Assembly: GCF_009914755.1 (NCBI RefSeq)
Contig: NC_060926.1
Direction: 5' to 3' (one strand)
From: the human T2T-CHM13v2.0 reference genome, Homo sapiens
DNA length: 64,000 bases
A program made the translations under genes and the position numbers. The notes under the pieces are model-generated. The model did not search any database and had not been told where the DNA came from. It saw only the letters and a program-made list of their open reading frames with translations. Below are positions 15,245-30,724 of the stretch, piece after piece; within the stretch, counting starts at the first letter, position 1, and each line of letters begins with the position of its first letter.

Positions 15245-16471
15245 GCAACTGACCAAGGCAAGACTCTTAGGTTGCAAGCAAGGGAAATCATCTTGGGCTA
15301 ACTTTAGCAGGAAAGCAACTCATGGGACATTGATTGGAGGGTGCAAAGAATCTAGGATGTTCAGAAGGACAGGGCCGGGCATCTGGACAGATGGTCCCAC
15401 TGGTGCTGCTGTTAGGGAAGCTGCACTAGAATGGTAAGCTCCAACAACATGTTCTTTCCTATCAGAGACACTTTCTGTGTACAGGCACCCTGCAAAGACC
15501 TTTCCATCCTCACAAAAGCTTGTAGTGGCAGTTAGTGACAGAGAGAATCTTAGGGCTCTGAGTCTTACTGCATCAGATCTTTTTCCATTGCATCAACATG
15601 CCTCCTTTTAGAAGTGCAAGTAAGATCTGCTTCACATTGAGCTTTGAGACACAGAACACAGTAAGTCAAGATTTCACGGAATGTCCTCAAGCCCAGTCCT
15701 CTATATTAAGATGACTCAAAACTGGGGAAGAGAACCTTGGGCTTCAGGAGCTTTTCACATTGCTTGACTCCTTCATTCTTGCCACGGTCTTACGCCTTTT
15801 TGTAGGCTCAGGGCTTTCTCAAGCATCCTTAAGCATGTTAGGGCAGTGCTTCTCTAGGTGGTTTCACCTGTAATTTAAACATTTACTTGCACGTGCTTTA
15901 TGTTTTTCCACCTCCTCCTGTTAACAAACATGGATATACTTTATTATAGAAAAAAACTGCTGAATTAAAGACTGATATTGAGAGTTTACATTCTGATATA
16001 TTGCCTTTTTATTACATCTCATTACGATGAAAACATGCAAGCAAGCTCCCCCAGCTAACATTCCCTGTCCCTGCCCCATGCAAGTCAGCAGCCCGGGGTA
16101 TGTGAATCACCCCACAGAAGGTTCATGCCACAGCACCACTGCAAACTAAACAAATTCTTTCCACGTTAGACTTAGGGTTAAAAAAAGAAGTTGTGTTCTA
16201 AAGGAGAGAGATATGATTTTGAAAGGAGCACTGGAAAGAAAATGAAAAGGAAATGAGACCTCAGTCGACCACGTGCTGAACCAGCCAGCCAGGCTTCCTT
16301 CCTCCATTGCTTCTGCTGTGGCGACCTACGAGTGGGGGCTTTCCACAGAAGGCTGCGGGTCCGGGAACGGGGGCAGGACTTACAGACCTCACCAGAGTGT
16401 GGCCAAGGACAGAAGTTCTCTATACGGAAGAGAAGGCTTGTCTAGTATGGAGTTCTAAGTTCTGTACTTAA

Positions 16472-16868
<397 letters not shown>

Positions 16869-16901
16869 TCAGGACAATTGCAATTGGTGTCCACACTGTC
16901 A

Positions 16902-17265
<364 letters not shown>

Positions 17266-18299
17266 AGAACAAGGGGATATTTACAGCAGGTTGAGGGGTT
17301 TCACCAGATGAAGATGATTTCAGGGTCGGGCTTCTTGCTAAACTGATCCAGGGTTCAACAAGGATTCTTGTTGAAGGTAGGCCAGGGTGATCTGATATCG
17401 AGGATCAAGCGTTCTCAATAAACTGACAGCAGGATCCCTGTTGAAACTGAGCTTTGCAGGCCCAGCAAGGACAGGGACCAAGGTTGAGGGCTTGGAGGAG
17501 TCTGACTAAAGTTTGGTCAAGGAGAGAGTCTTTGTCAGGGGTTATGTGGGCTTTTCCTTCATGTTCCTTTAAAGAGCATGCCCATCTTCCGGGACTTCCT
17601 CTTTCTGTTTAAGTTACCATTTACTGTGGCTTCTCACGCTCTTTACGCAGCTGCAAAGGCAGAGCAAGACACACTGCTGGCCCAGAAGGGCTGATGATCC
17701 GGCAGCCTCAAGCTACGGGTCAGGAGTGAGGAAGTGAGGCTGGCCTTGTGGGTGTGGAGTGGCTCTGAAGCTTCCTGTCTCCACCCAGCCCTCTGCCCCT
17801 GCACTAAACCAAAGCCCTGCAGAGCAGAGTCTAGTGACGCTCCTGGGAAGGTGACGCTCCTGGCGGCACATGGCCTTGAGAGCTTCCACGTAGTTTGCCC
17901 TTGGTCTTGTCTCTGAGACGCCTTCTGGTTGCCTCGGTCTCCTCACACCCCCCAGGATCCAAGTCCAGGCCTACCTGGCTCCCGGGCACTCCCTGTGTGC
18001 CTCCCACCTCCTCCTTCCACCGAAGGCAGGCGAGGTCAGCTCTCCCTTCCCTCCTGTCTCTGGAGCCCTCGCTCCATGCCCAGGCCTGTCCCGTGGACGT
18101 GTCATGCAGCTGCTTGCTTCATGTTCTTCTAGCTTTCTCCCTGAGCCACAGGCAATGCTTTTCAAAAGCGGTGAAAAGTTTAGCGGAGTTTTTTTTTTTT
18201 TTTTTTTTTTTTTTTGTCAAGGTAATAAAATCTGCAGTGATAAAAATAGCTATTAGAAGTTTAGGAAAATTTCATCTTGGAGTAGAAGAATGAGGATGG

Positions 18300-18742
18300 A
18301 CTAGGCTAAATAGTGTCCTAACAAATACCTGTCCACCCAGAACCTCAGAATGTGAACTTATTTGGAAATAGGCTCTTTGTGTATGCCATTCTCATAGATG
18401 AAGTCCTCCTGGATTTAGGGTGGGTCCTAAATCCAGTGACTGGTGTCCTTATAAGAAGACCACATGAAGCCGCAGGGAGGCACGGAGAGGATACCATGTG
18501 ACCACGGAGACAGAGACTGGAGTGCAGCATCTAGGAACCAAAGACAGCCAAGGAATCCTGGCACTGCCAGAAGCCAGGAGAGAGCCGGAACATTCTCCCA
18601 GAGCTTTTGGAAGGAACCTAGCCTGCCCACACCTTGATTTTGGACTTCTGGCCTTCAGAACTCCAGGAGAAGAGCTTCTGTTGTTTGAAGACACCCAGTT
18701 TGCGGTCATTTGTTAAAGCAGCCCCCGGACACTAAGCCACAG
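18300..18742 (+). mobile_element. MLT1B/C LTR
   Basis: ccagaacctcagaatgtgaacttatttggaaatagg...ccttgattttggacttctggccttcagaact. Confidence 0.88.
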
Positions 18743-20867
18743 TGTAGCCATATGCTTGGGCTGGGTCCCAGGGCAGCACTGACTCCTCACTTTACCTTGT
18801 GTCACAGCAAAGCCCACAGCCAGGGAGAGGGGGTCAAACTGCAGCAGCTCTCACTTCTGAGCATCATAACGAAAGCCAAAGACAGCGCCATTTACCTAAA
18901 TCGGACAGCCTACAGAATCTTCCAGTCTGAAATAAGAAATGTCAAGCGTTTTAGCCATGGGAATTATAGGGTAGGGGAGATCCTTCCCCTTAACTAGTCA
19001 GTGGTTGAAATTTCTTTTGCAGCAGAAAATTTAAGTGGTAGCTTGACTGTTTAATGTTTGCAACATTAGAATGCCCTAGTCTCCACTTACTGATTTAAAG
19101 AGCAACAGAAATCCTTACAGGAAGAGCAGTAGGATGGCTGATTCCCGAAAGCGGCTTCCTGACACCCTCGCCCCAGCACCCCTGGGTCCAGTCACCATTC
19201 AGATACATCTTTTGATGGGTTGCAAGGAAAAGAACAGTGTCAGGGGACAAGGCCTGTTTACCTACAACTAACTGAAGCCCTTTGATGAGCTCTCCTCCCA
19301 TCTCCAATCTGACCCCAACCTCTGGCCGTTCCTAACCCATCTCTTTGCAAATAAAAGTTATCACCATCAGATCTGGGTGTGCCATTCTTCCAGTTGTGTG
19401 CACAAGAGGGTGGGAGTTCAGGGGGTTGGAATTCTTCTTTTCAAAAACCTGTTAAGTTTTTCTGAAACAGCAGCCTTCCCGAAGCTTCTGCTTAGTGCCT
19501 GTTCATCTATTGAGAGCTGATAATAGGATGTATTTTGCTTTTTTTTCTTTAAATGGATAAAAGGATAATGCTTTTTCTTTTCTTTCTTTTTTTTTTTTTT
19601 CTTTTCTTGGCCTCCAGTGTCTATGCAAGTTATTTTTCAGTCCATTAAAATGAATCATTGTTTATCATGTTAGTTTTCACATTTCACAAAATGATGAACA
19701 ATGGACTTTTCTTTGTTAAAAGATGGGGGCTTCTGTCCTCGGGCACTCGTGTTCAGAAGATAAGACTTTCTCCGAGTTCCACACACTTCTTTCTTTTCAC
19801 ACATGCGTTACGTTTATTTTCTGACTGAAGTCTCCAAAACAAACGCTATGGCTGCTGCTGAAATAGATCACATGTTACTACGGTACAAGTGAGACCAATC
19901 ACAGTGGCTGCTTTTGTTTTTAATTGCGACCACCTCGGATGGGTCCTGAGTGCTAAGCCAAAGCTCTGTTTTCCTTTCTTTCTTTTTTTTTTTTTTTAAT
20001 CTTTTCAAAATTCCTTTGAGGCAGGTAGGGGTAAACCCTCAACTCACTGTGGAAATTCATGTTGTTGAAGAGGATTAATAGAGAAGGGGTGGGAAAAGGA
20101 AAGTCTCAGGGGTGTTTTTGTGCCTCATTAAAAGGTCACAAAGCCCTCTGTGTTCTCTCCCTCCAAGGGTCTAAACCTGAATGTCTTTTATCCGCTTCAT
20201 CAAGCTCTGCACGTCCAATCGAGCTGCGAGGGAGCTCCATGGAGCTCCTGAGCACTTGAAATGGGGCTAGTGGGAATTGAGGAGTTCTGTAAGTAGAAAT
20301 AGGTTTAGTACAAATAAATAAACTGATTAAAAATGTCATCAATAATATTTTAAAATTGATGATAACTTGACATGCAGCATATTTGTGTACTTTCTTGTTG
20401 ATTGATTACTTGACTTGCCCTTCTGGGACCCAGACTGCTAGAAAACATGTCTCCCTAAGTACCGCCAGGAATGCTAATCCCATGACATTCCACAGGAAAC
20501 AAAAGGCGCTGAGGTCAAACTGAGAAAAACCGCAGCAGAGTTCCACTGGGGATTTGAAAAGACCTGAGCGTAGAAAAGGCTCCCGAGCTCTGCAATAAAG
20601 ACAGGCATCTAACTTTGTTAATATGTTAATATGGCTTTTCAGAAATCCATGACCACAGGACTCCTGCCCCCTCTGACTTTTTTAATGCTGGCCTACTACC
20701 AATTAACCTCTCAAGAAACTGCCATTCAGGATTTGAATAGTAGCAATGGAAAGAGAAAAATGGGGCAAAGCTTTGGACCCACAGTCCAAAGGGAAGGACT
20801 CTTTTTAATCCAATGGGTTATAGCAAGAGCATGTTGCGGACTCATATCTGGGAACTGCAACATCATC

Positions 20868-21167
20868 ATTTTTTTTTTTTTTTTTTTGAGACAGAGTCTT
20901 GCTCTGTGGCCCAGGCTGGAGTGTAGTGGTGCGATCCCGGCTCACTGCAACCTCCATCTCCTGGTTCAAGCGATTCTCCTGTCTCAGCCTCTCAAGTAGC
21001 TGGGATTACGGGCACCTGCCACCATGCCCAGCTAATTATTGTATTTTAGTAGAGGTGGGGTTTCACCATGTTGGCCAGGCTGGTCTTGAACTCCTGACCT
21101 CAAGCGATCCATTTGTCTCAGCCTCCCAAAGTGCTGTGATTTCAGGCATGAGCCACCATGCCTGGCC
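20868..21167 (-). mobile_element. AluSx
   Basis: Poly-T followed by full Alu body. Confidence 0.95.
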
Positions 21168-23533
21168 TTGCAATGGCCTTTTTAATCTTACAAACATGTG
21201 TCCATGCCTGGAGGACCCAGCTGCAGGGACAGACACTCCAACCTTGTCCAATCTCCTTACCTGCATATTCACTCCTTTTAAAGCAGCTTGAAACCAGTGA
21301 AATAAGTGCTTTAGCAATAAAGAGTGAAGAGGAGAGTAGAATTTTGTGTTGCAGATCATTTTGTTGGCTCAACATCTTTCTCCACACACAAGCCGTAGGC
21401 TGTGTAAGTGGAGATGAACATCTCATCCATCTGATAATGAATCTTCAGCCGGAAACTTCGCGAGCTGGACCGACAGGGGCTTGAAGGTTGGGTACATTTC
21501 CATCTTCAGGGCAGTGGGAGGGAGAGTGGCTGACAATGGAGCTGGGGAGGACAGGTTGAATTTGGTGAGGGCACGCAGGTGCCGGGTGCCATGACTGATT
21601 TCTGAGCCCAGGGTGCTCTGCTGCCATTTCCCATATCCCCAGAGAAGACCTGAAGGCAGAGTTCTTGTCTTTTCAGTGCCTGGCTAAGAGAGAGGTGAGT
21701 CTTGGGGGAGAAAGTTGGTGCACTGTGGGTGAAGGAATGGAAACTAACTCTGTTTGAATTCCTTTTTCATAGTCTGATGTTTGCTTGGGTTTTGAGAACA
21801 AAAACCAAAAAGATACAACCCACACCCCCCTGCCCAAAACTTGTTTTTATATGTGGTAAGTTTAATTCTTGAAAGAGAGAGAATAAAAAGTACATTTTAT
21901 AGGATTTATTTTTACCTTTCTAATGCATATGTACATGTATATTTAAGAAAAAAAATTCTAGTTGACTTTTTACTTGCCCAAGATCTGAATAGGATTGAAA
22001 GATGAAAGACCACCATGATCCTCTTTGACAAACATGTACACATGTGAGCTCACTGTTCCTGCACGTCTGATTTATTATGCTAATTGGCTTTGGGCAGCCT
22101 CTCACAAACATGTCTATAGGAGGTCCCTAGTGTAATTCTCAGTCTCTTAATTACATAGACTCGTCTTTGGAGTCTGAATAAAATAGGTGAATGGATTTTC
22201 TTCCTGTAAACACTGTACTCAGGCACCTGCTGTTGGCTGCATGATGTCTTAAAGCTTCACTACGCCACCCAAGAGGCTGACTAGTTTACTTTGATGGCGC
22301 CATCATCTGCAACCCCATGTTCATGCCTTCACATTATCTAAGACTTGGGCACCTAATGGCCTTCGGATTTCTAGCTTTTCTTTCCTCAGAAAGGTTCTCC
22401 ACATGGCCTTTCTTAGGGATGGCCCAGCAGCACCCAGTCTCACAGGGCTGCCTCGGCCTCCAGGTCCTAGCTTTTTGCATCTGCATGCCATTTCAGCCAC
22501 CATTGTTCATGGCCAAACTGTGGAACTCATAATGGATTGAATGGCACTAGCGCCAATGTTCTGCTCATTCTTTACAGATAACACCAACCACAGAGGAAGC
22601 AGAATCTAATTAGCTCTTACATGGTGCAGTCAACAGCAAGAGGGCAGAGCTCTGGTGGTCCCTATATTGGGTTTCCCTGTTAAGGGCTTGCAGGGAAGGC
22701 CAGTTGAAATTCTTGAATCACTTCATGCTATTGTCTTGATATTTGCTGTGACCTGCTAACGGCCTGTAGAGCAGGGTCCCTGTCTTGTTCTGGTTTTCCT
22801 TGAGCATAATTGGCTTCCTTGCATGGATTTGGGTGTCCTTGGTTTCTAGAACATTTCTGGGACCTGATAAAAATCCTGGAAGAAAGGTCTTTGGCTGCCG
22901 CCTCCTCCTGGGCTCTGTTGTTCTTCAGGTAAACACAACTGGGAGGAGAGTGAAGGTGGGGATTGAGAACCAAACAGCCTGTTAAGTGATGTTGAGTTTT
23001 GTGCTATGCTTTTCAGCTTCCAGGGGACCCAAGTGTTCATTCCAAAGGGATCGCTTGAAAAATATAATCTCAGGATTTACAAATCAAACCCAAAATACAA
23101 GGATAAGCAGGCCCTGAGAAAGCTAGCTCCTCAAATCCTAACTCATAAGAAAACTATTTGCACCAGGATGAGGGTGAACTTATCTCTTATGATTCATAGT
23201 ATTTGCCTGAGAACTGAACCACCCTTCAGCTGGAGCTCACTCAAAGGTTGAACTACAGATGGAAGCTTGGGGGATGATTATAAAATCACGACATATAGTG
23301 CTTAATGTTCCCAAGAGGGCATTTAATCCCCCATAATGGATCAATCGCTCTTATTCTTCTTGAAGAATTTTTCTACTCCTAGAACCAGGTCTGATCCATC
23401 ACCTAGAATCAGAATGTTCTCTACCTTTGGCAAAGCTAGTTGCAAAGTCTTACTGTTACTTTTTTTTCTTTTTTTGGCTGTAGACTCAATGTCAACTGCT
23501 GCTTATTTCAATTCATGAATCAGCAAATATCTT

Positions 23534-23568
<35 letters not shown>

Positions 23569-23586
23569 GTGTGTGTGTGTGTGTGT
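23534..23586. repeat. Compound (TG)n(GA)n(GT)n microsatellite
   Basis: Read directly. Confidence 0.97.
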
Positions 23587-23794
23587 AGGCTTTATTGATG
23601 CACCTGTAACTGGAACTCTCTTCTTACCTCTTAGACCTCAGCTCTCTGCAGAGACCCCTTAAGTAACTGACCAAAAATAACCAGCCCTGTTACTCACTAC
23701 CACACCTGTTTTTTTTTTCTTATCGTGAGCCATGATAAGCTTGTTTGCCTGCTCCTTTTCTACCTCAACCTTCATGAAGACAGAGATTTGTTTT

Positions 23795-24100
23795 CTTTTT
23801 TTTTTTTTTCTTTTTGAGACGGAGTCTTGCTCTGTCGCCCAGGCTGGAGTGCAGTGGCACGATCTTGGCTCACTGCAACCCCTGCCTTCTGGGTTTCAAG
23901 CAATTCTCCTGCCTCATCCTCCCGAGTAGCTGAGACTACAGTCACCCACCACCATGCCTGGCTAATTTTTTTGTATTTTTAGTAGAGGCTGGGTTTCACC
24001 ATGTTGACCAGGCTGGTCTGGAACTCCTGACCTTAGGTGATACACCTGCCTCGGCCTCCCAAAGTGCTAGGATTACAGGCATGTGCCATTGTGTCTGGCC
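23795..24100 (-). mobile_element. AluSx inside an L2 3' relic (~23600-24180)
   Basis: TSD gagat(t/c)tg(t/c)tttcttt; L2 tail acagtgcctggc..tttattgaatg. Confidence 0.93.
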
Positions 24101-24874
24101 GAGATCTGCTTTCTTTATTTTATGTTTAATCCATGTCCAATACAGTGCCTGGCCTAACTCAAAAGCTATTTATTGAATGCACAAAATGTGCATATGGGAC
24201 ATTTCACAAGAAAAGTGGCTTGGTAGGAGTTGGTAAATGAAGAGGCTAGATCTATGAAAGTTCTCACCAAGCAAGGTGGTATCCTCAGAGACAGGACACT
24301 AGGGAAAGACTGGGAGGGTTTCTTCAGGAATGTGAGGAATTTTGTAGATATTTGGAATCTCTTGCCCTCATGGTGAGTAGTCAGAAAGAAACAGACCCAT
24401 AGGATACAGGGAACAAGAACATAAAGAAGACAGCCAGGATTGAGAAAGTGGCCAGTGAAGCCACGAGAGCAGGTGCATTTTCACAGGGGCAGAGAGTAAA
24501 AAATAACAACCAAGAGCGTGGGTGAATGCCAAGGCAGCCTCAAGAGAAACAGGCAAGAACCAAGCCCTGGGAAAGTAGCACGTCAGGACTTGGCTGCAGG
24601 GACAGGGGTAAGCCCGTCAGAGCCCCTGCATGGCTTTCAGATTACACAGACTTTAACCGCCCAGTTTACCCTCACCCCAAACCTTTATAAATCACCTAAG
24701 AGCTAGAAGGAGCCTATAAGGTATTTTGTCCAACACTCTTATTTTACAATTGAAAAACAATGAGTTAAAACTGGGCCTGGTTATTGACAGAGGTGGGTCT
24801 ACCATCTAACTGTGCCTTCTTGTCCAGCATTTCCTCCACTTCCCATGTATCCAGAACCTAGAATTAAAACAACT

Positions 24875-25283
<409 letters not shown>

Positions 25284-26192
25284 TTATTTCAATATTGAAA
25301 CCACATTTTGAAGAGTTCACTGAACTAAATGAAGAACCTAAGCTGGTCTATTAACTATAAGCAGACTTCGCACATGAAAAACGGGACATTTTCTGGATGA
25401 TTGACACTAAATTCAACTTGGACAGTGAGCTAGCATCCAGGAGAGCCAGTTACTTTGGTTTTAACAAACCCCAGAGAATGGATTTCCAGTCCTGTCTACT
25501 CAGTAGAATCAACTAAAGTTAGTTTTCCCCAGCTACAAATATCTACAAGTGTTAGCTAAAATATGAAGTTTATTTAAAAATACATAGTTGAATTAACAAA
25601 GACAGAGATTCTCAAATGCTAGAAACAAAGAGAAAATTAAAAGCCATACCAATATAGTGTGTGTCAAAGGTGTAGTCATCAGGGCTGAGAGCAGGGAGTT
25701 ATCTGACCCAGAAATAAGAGTTTTAAGTTAGCATCCACATGAAGACAGGAGAGGAAGTTTGGGGTAGGGTTGGAACGGAGAGCTTTACATAAAGCTGATA
25801 TCTTTGAAACTCACCACCTTCAATGAAGAGGAAACAAAACCAACCCATCGACGTGCTGCTACCCAGGGCTCAGAAAAGAAAAAAAAAAAAAGTCTGAATT
25901 TAAATTACTTGCGTGGGGCAGGAAACTCTAAGTTAAGCTTGTAACATATGAATTGGCCCTGGGTTGATAATACCCCTGTAGCAATCCAAGATATTGAGGT
26001 AACAAAATTATCTTAAAAGATTAAAAAATAAGTATGTTTGAAGTTATGAAAGCGATTTCAAAGAAGAAATAGAAAATGTAAGGAAGAACAACACGTAATG
26101 AAAACAGGACAGATTGACAAAAGGAACAACTAGAAGCACGAGGGATAGTTTGAATTGAGGATGGACTGAATAGATTTAGCTATGCTCTCTAC

Positions 26193-27000
<808 letters not shown>

Positions 27001-27110
27001 GATCCCTCTATTCTTAATTTATAATGACATCCTCCTTTGGTTTTTTGGTTCCATAAAAGCTCTTATTAAAAAAAAACAAAACAAAAAGAAAAAAACAGTG
27101 AAATGTTGAA

Positions 27111-27365
27111 CTTTTTTTTAAAAAAATTTTACTTTAGGTTCTAGGATACCTGTGCAGAATGTGCAGGTTTGTTACATAGGTATACATGTGCCATTGTGGT
27201 TTGCTGTGCCTATCAACCTGTCATCTAGGTTTTAAGCCCCACATGCATTAGGTATTTGTCCTAATGCTCTCCCACCCTTTGCCCCCCACCCCCCGACAGG
27301 CCCCGGGGTGTGATGTTCCCCTCTCTGTGTTCATGTGTTCTCATTGTTCAACTCCCACTTATGAG
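27111..27365 (-). mobile_element. Short L1PA 3' end (approx. L1PA7-10)
   Basis: gtgcaggtttgttacataggtatacatgtgcc..; TSD tgttgaac/tgtcgaac. Confidence 0.93.
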
Positions 27366-27379
27366 AGTGTCGAACATTT

Positions 27380-28436
27380 TACGAGGTTGAATAATGTTCC
27401 TTCAAAATTTATGTCCACCTGGGACCTCGAAATTGGCCTTTGCACACAGGGTCTTTGCAGATGTAATCAAGCAAAGATGAGGTCATACTGGATTGGGGTG
27501 GATCCCCATCTAAATGACTGGTGTCCTTCTAAGGAGGCCATGTGAAGACACACATAGAAACGCAGAAACACAGAAATATGGAACAGAAAGCCATGTGATG
27601 ACAGAGGCAGAGAGGGGAGCAATACAGCTGCAAGCCAAGAAATGCCAAGGACTGCTGGTATAGGGGTCAAGGGAACTCTCCTTCCACTCTCTGAAGGTGT
27701 GATGATTTGAGTCTCTGAAATAAACATTACAGTAGACAGATTAACAGGAGAAAAGGCACACAAATTTATTACATGCATAAAGCAAAGGGGTTCCACAAAA
27801 TATGAGACTCAAAGAAGGGCCAGGTGGTTGAAGCTTAGGTAGCATTTTAAGCTACAGAAAGAAATGGGGGCTTGGGGCTTCTGGCAGGGGGCAGTTGGCA
27901 ACAGGTTATGGAAGGTGAGGAGAGGAAATATTTAATATATTGTAAATGAAAGGTTGTCTTGTTAGGCAGGTTGTCTCTCAGGTGGCAGCCCTGAAAAAAA
28001 AAGGGGACACTCTCTTTCAATCTCTGGACTCTGTCTGGGTTGCTAATATGATCTTTCCTAGACCTGTCTTTAGGCTGATAAGAAGGCCTCAGAGAAAGCT
28101 TCGGCTTGCATCTGCCATTTGGTTTACTGATGTAGATAGATGTAAATTTCTTTTACAAAAGGACAGCTTTTTAGAGCTATTTCTGTGTCTGCAGCTTCTC
28201 TGAATAGCTATCTCGATATATGCCAAAAAAGTATATTTTGGGGTAGCATATTTTGGTCTCCCACACTGGCAACCACCAAAAGCTCGGATTCTTCCTTAGA
28301 GATTCAGAGGCAGCATGATCCTGCAGACACCTTGAGTTTAGACGTTCAGCCTTCAAAAATGAGAGAAGTAACTGTCTGTTGCTATAAGCAAATCAGTTTG
28401 TGGTACTCTGTTATGGCAGTTCCAGAAAACTAATAC
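27380..28436 (+). mobile_element. MLT1B/C LTR split by a MER34-like LTR
   Basis: Consensus ..caaggactgctgg|caaccacca.. resumes across the insert; ends aactaataca. Confidence 0.85.
27659..28265 (-). mobile_element. MER34-like ERV1 solo LTR
   Basis: Minus-strand head TGTGGGAGACCAAAATATGCTACCCCAAAATAT; 4-bp TSD CTGG at 27655-27658 and 28266-28269. Confidence 0.85.
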
Positions 28437-28554
28437 AAACATATATTCAATAAAAATTCAGAAGGAGGAAACAGAGGTTTCAAGCAAGGCAATATTTGAA
28501 GAACATATAACTGAGAATTTTCCAGATTAGACAAAAGACAAGAATCATCAAATT

Positions 28555-28720
28555 TCAAGTCATCAAATTCAGCAAATAAAAATATAGAATTTCCAGTCAC
28601 ATTTGAATTTTAGATAAGCACAAAATAATTTTTAACACAAGTATGTTCTATGCAATATTTGAGTCATAATTACCTAATTCAAATTTAACTCAGCTGCCTA
28701 TAATTTGTCTGGCAACCCTA
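28555..28720. mobile_element. MER53 hAT MITE (internally deleted)
   Basis: agcaaataaaaatatagaatttccagtcacatttgaatttt..aattcaaatttaact..tctggcaacccta; 8-bp TSD atcaaatt/ctcaaatt. Confidence 0.8.
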
Positions 28721-29005
28721 CTCAAATTGGACAATCAGAGAGTCCTGAACAGGACACATGAAAATAAACAAATGCCTAAATGAATCACCATGAAACTGCT
28801 GAGCAATAATAACAAAGAGAAAAACCTTTAAAACCGCCTTTAAACCCTTTAAAAACTACCACAGAAGCCAAAACAATGGATAACAGCAGATTTATCTTTA
28901 ATGATAATAGAAACCAAAGAGAAATGGAATTAGAAACTCGAAGGGCCAAGGAAGAGCTGTCAAATGCATTCAGATACATTATCATTCAAGAGTAAGGACA
29001 AACTA

Positions 29006-29366
<361 letters not shown>

Positions 29367-29437
29367 TTATTGATTCATATACTAGGAAGTAATGCAAGGA
29401 GAGAAATTGCTGAGCATGTGGTCAAGTTTAAATATCG

Positions 29438-30044
29438 TTGCAGGTGGTCTTATAGCAGGCTCCCCAGTGGGGTCAGCCCCTTGATATTCATGCCTGTGTA
29501 CAATCTCTCCTTGAGTGTGGACTTGCTTCTAACATATATAATGCAGCAGAAGTAATGGGAGGTCACTTCTAAGGTTAGGTTATAAAAAGGCTATGGCTTC
29601 CATCTTGGCTGCTTGCTCTCTTTCTTCTCCCTCTCCCCTCTCTCTCCTTCCCCCCCGGTCCCCAACACTCAAATCACTCATGCTGGGGAAAGTTAGCTGC
29701 CATGTTGTGATCAGCCCTGTGGTGAGGCCTACATGACATGAGCAGGAGCTGTGCCCTCAGTCCAACTGCTCACGAGGAACTGGATTTTGCCAAACCACAT
29801 GAACGAGCTTGGAATCAGGTTCCTCAGCTCCACTTGAGCCTTGAGATGGCTGCAACCCTGGCCAACAGCTTGACCACAGTCTCATGTGAGGCTCTAAGCC
29901 AGAAACACCCAGATAAGCAGCTCCCAAGTTTCTGATCCACAGAAACTGACATAATAAATGACATGACAAATAAACTGACTTGTTTGTTGTTATAAGCTGC
30001 TAAGTTTTGGGGTAATCATTATGCAGCAATAACTAACTGATACA
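29438..30044 (+). mobile_element. MLT1F-like LTR
   Basis: cccttgatattcatgcc..ccttgagtgtggacttgcttctaac..; ends taactaactgataca. Confidence 0.85.
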
Positions 30045-30724
30045 AATACTCGTAAACAATAACAATAGCAATGACTAACACTGGATCATATAACATGAGA
30101 GATACTGCAAGTGACTAGAGTCAGTGTGTTCTAAATTCCTTGTATTATTGATGAAGGTAGAGATATCAATTTATTTTAAAATTTGTTAAGTCAAGAGGTA
30201 TATATAAGCTTTAAGAATAACCAGTGAAGGAATAAAAATATTACTTCCAAACCAGTGGAGAGGAGGAAAAAAGAGATAAGGAAAACCAGCAATTCAAGAT
30301 AAGGCAAAAAAGGGAGAAAAATAGAAGCACAGAAAAAGTGTAGTGAAAAGGGCAAATAAGCTGTTAAAAATTAAAAGACATATCTCATATTCCATACATT
30401 CTAGAGCTTGTCAATTTCTCCTTTACACCACTCAGAGAAACTTCTAAAATACAATCTGCTCATAAATTGTATTCTTTTGAGGAAAGAGCATGCTGATAAC
30501 AATCAGAACTGACCACGTAATGAAACTTGCTATGGCCAATTTGAAGCTTGGAGTAGAGGAGAATGAATTGTGGATAAAGTCAAGAATTGGCTGCAATACT
30601 CTCTAGCTTTGTGAACCTGGACAAGCATCTTAGTTTCTCATTTGTAAAACAGAGGGTAATTCTTGCCTTAACCTCTTTGCTGGATATTTGTGACACTCAT
30701 AAAAGAACAAATATGGAAAAGTAG

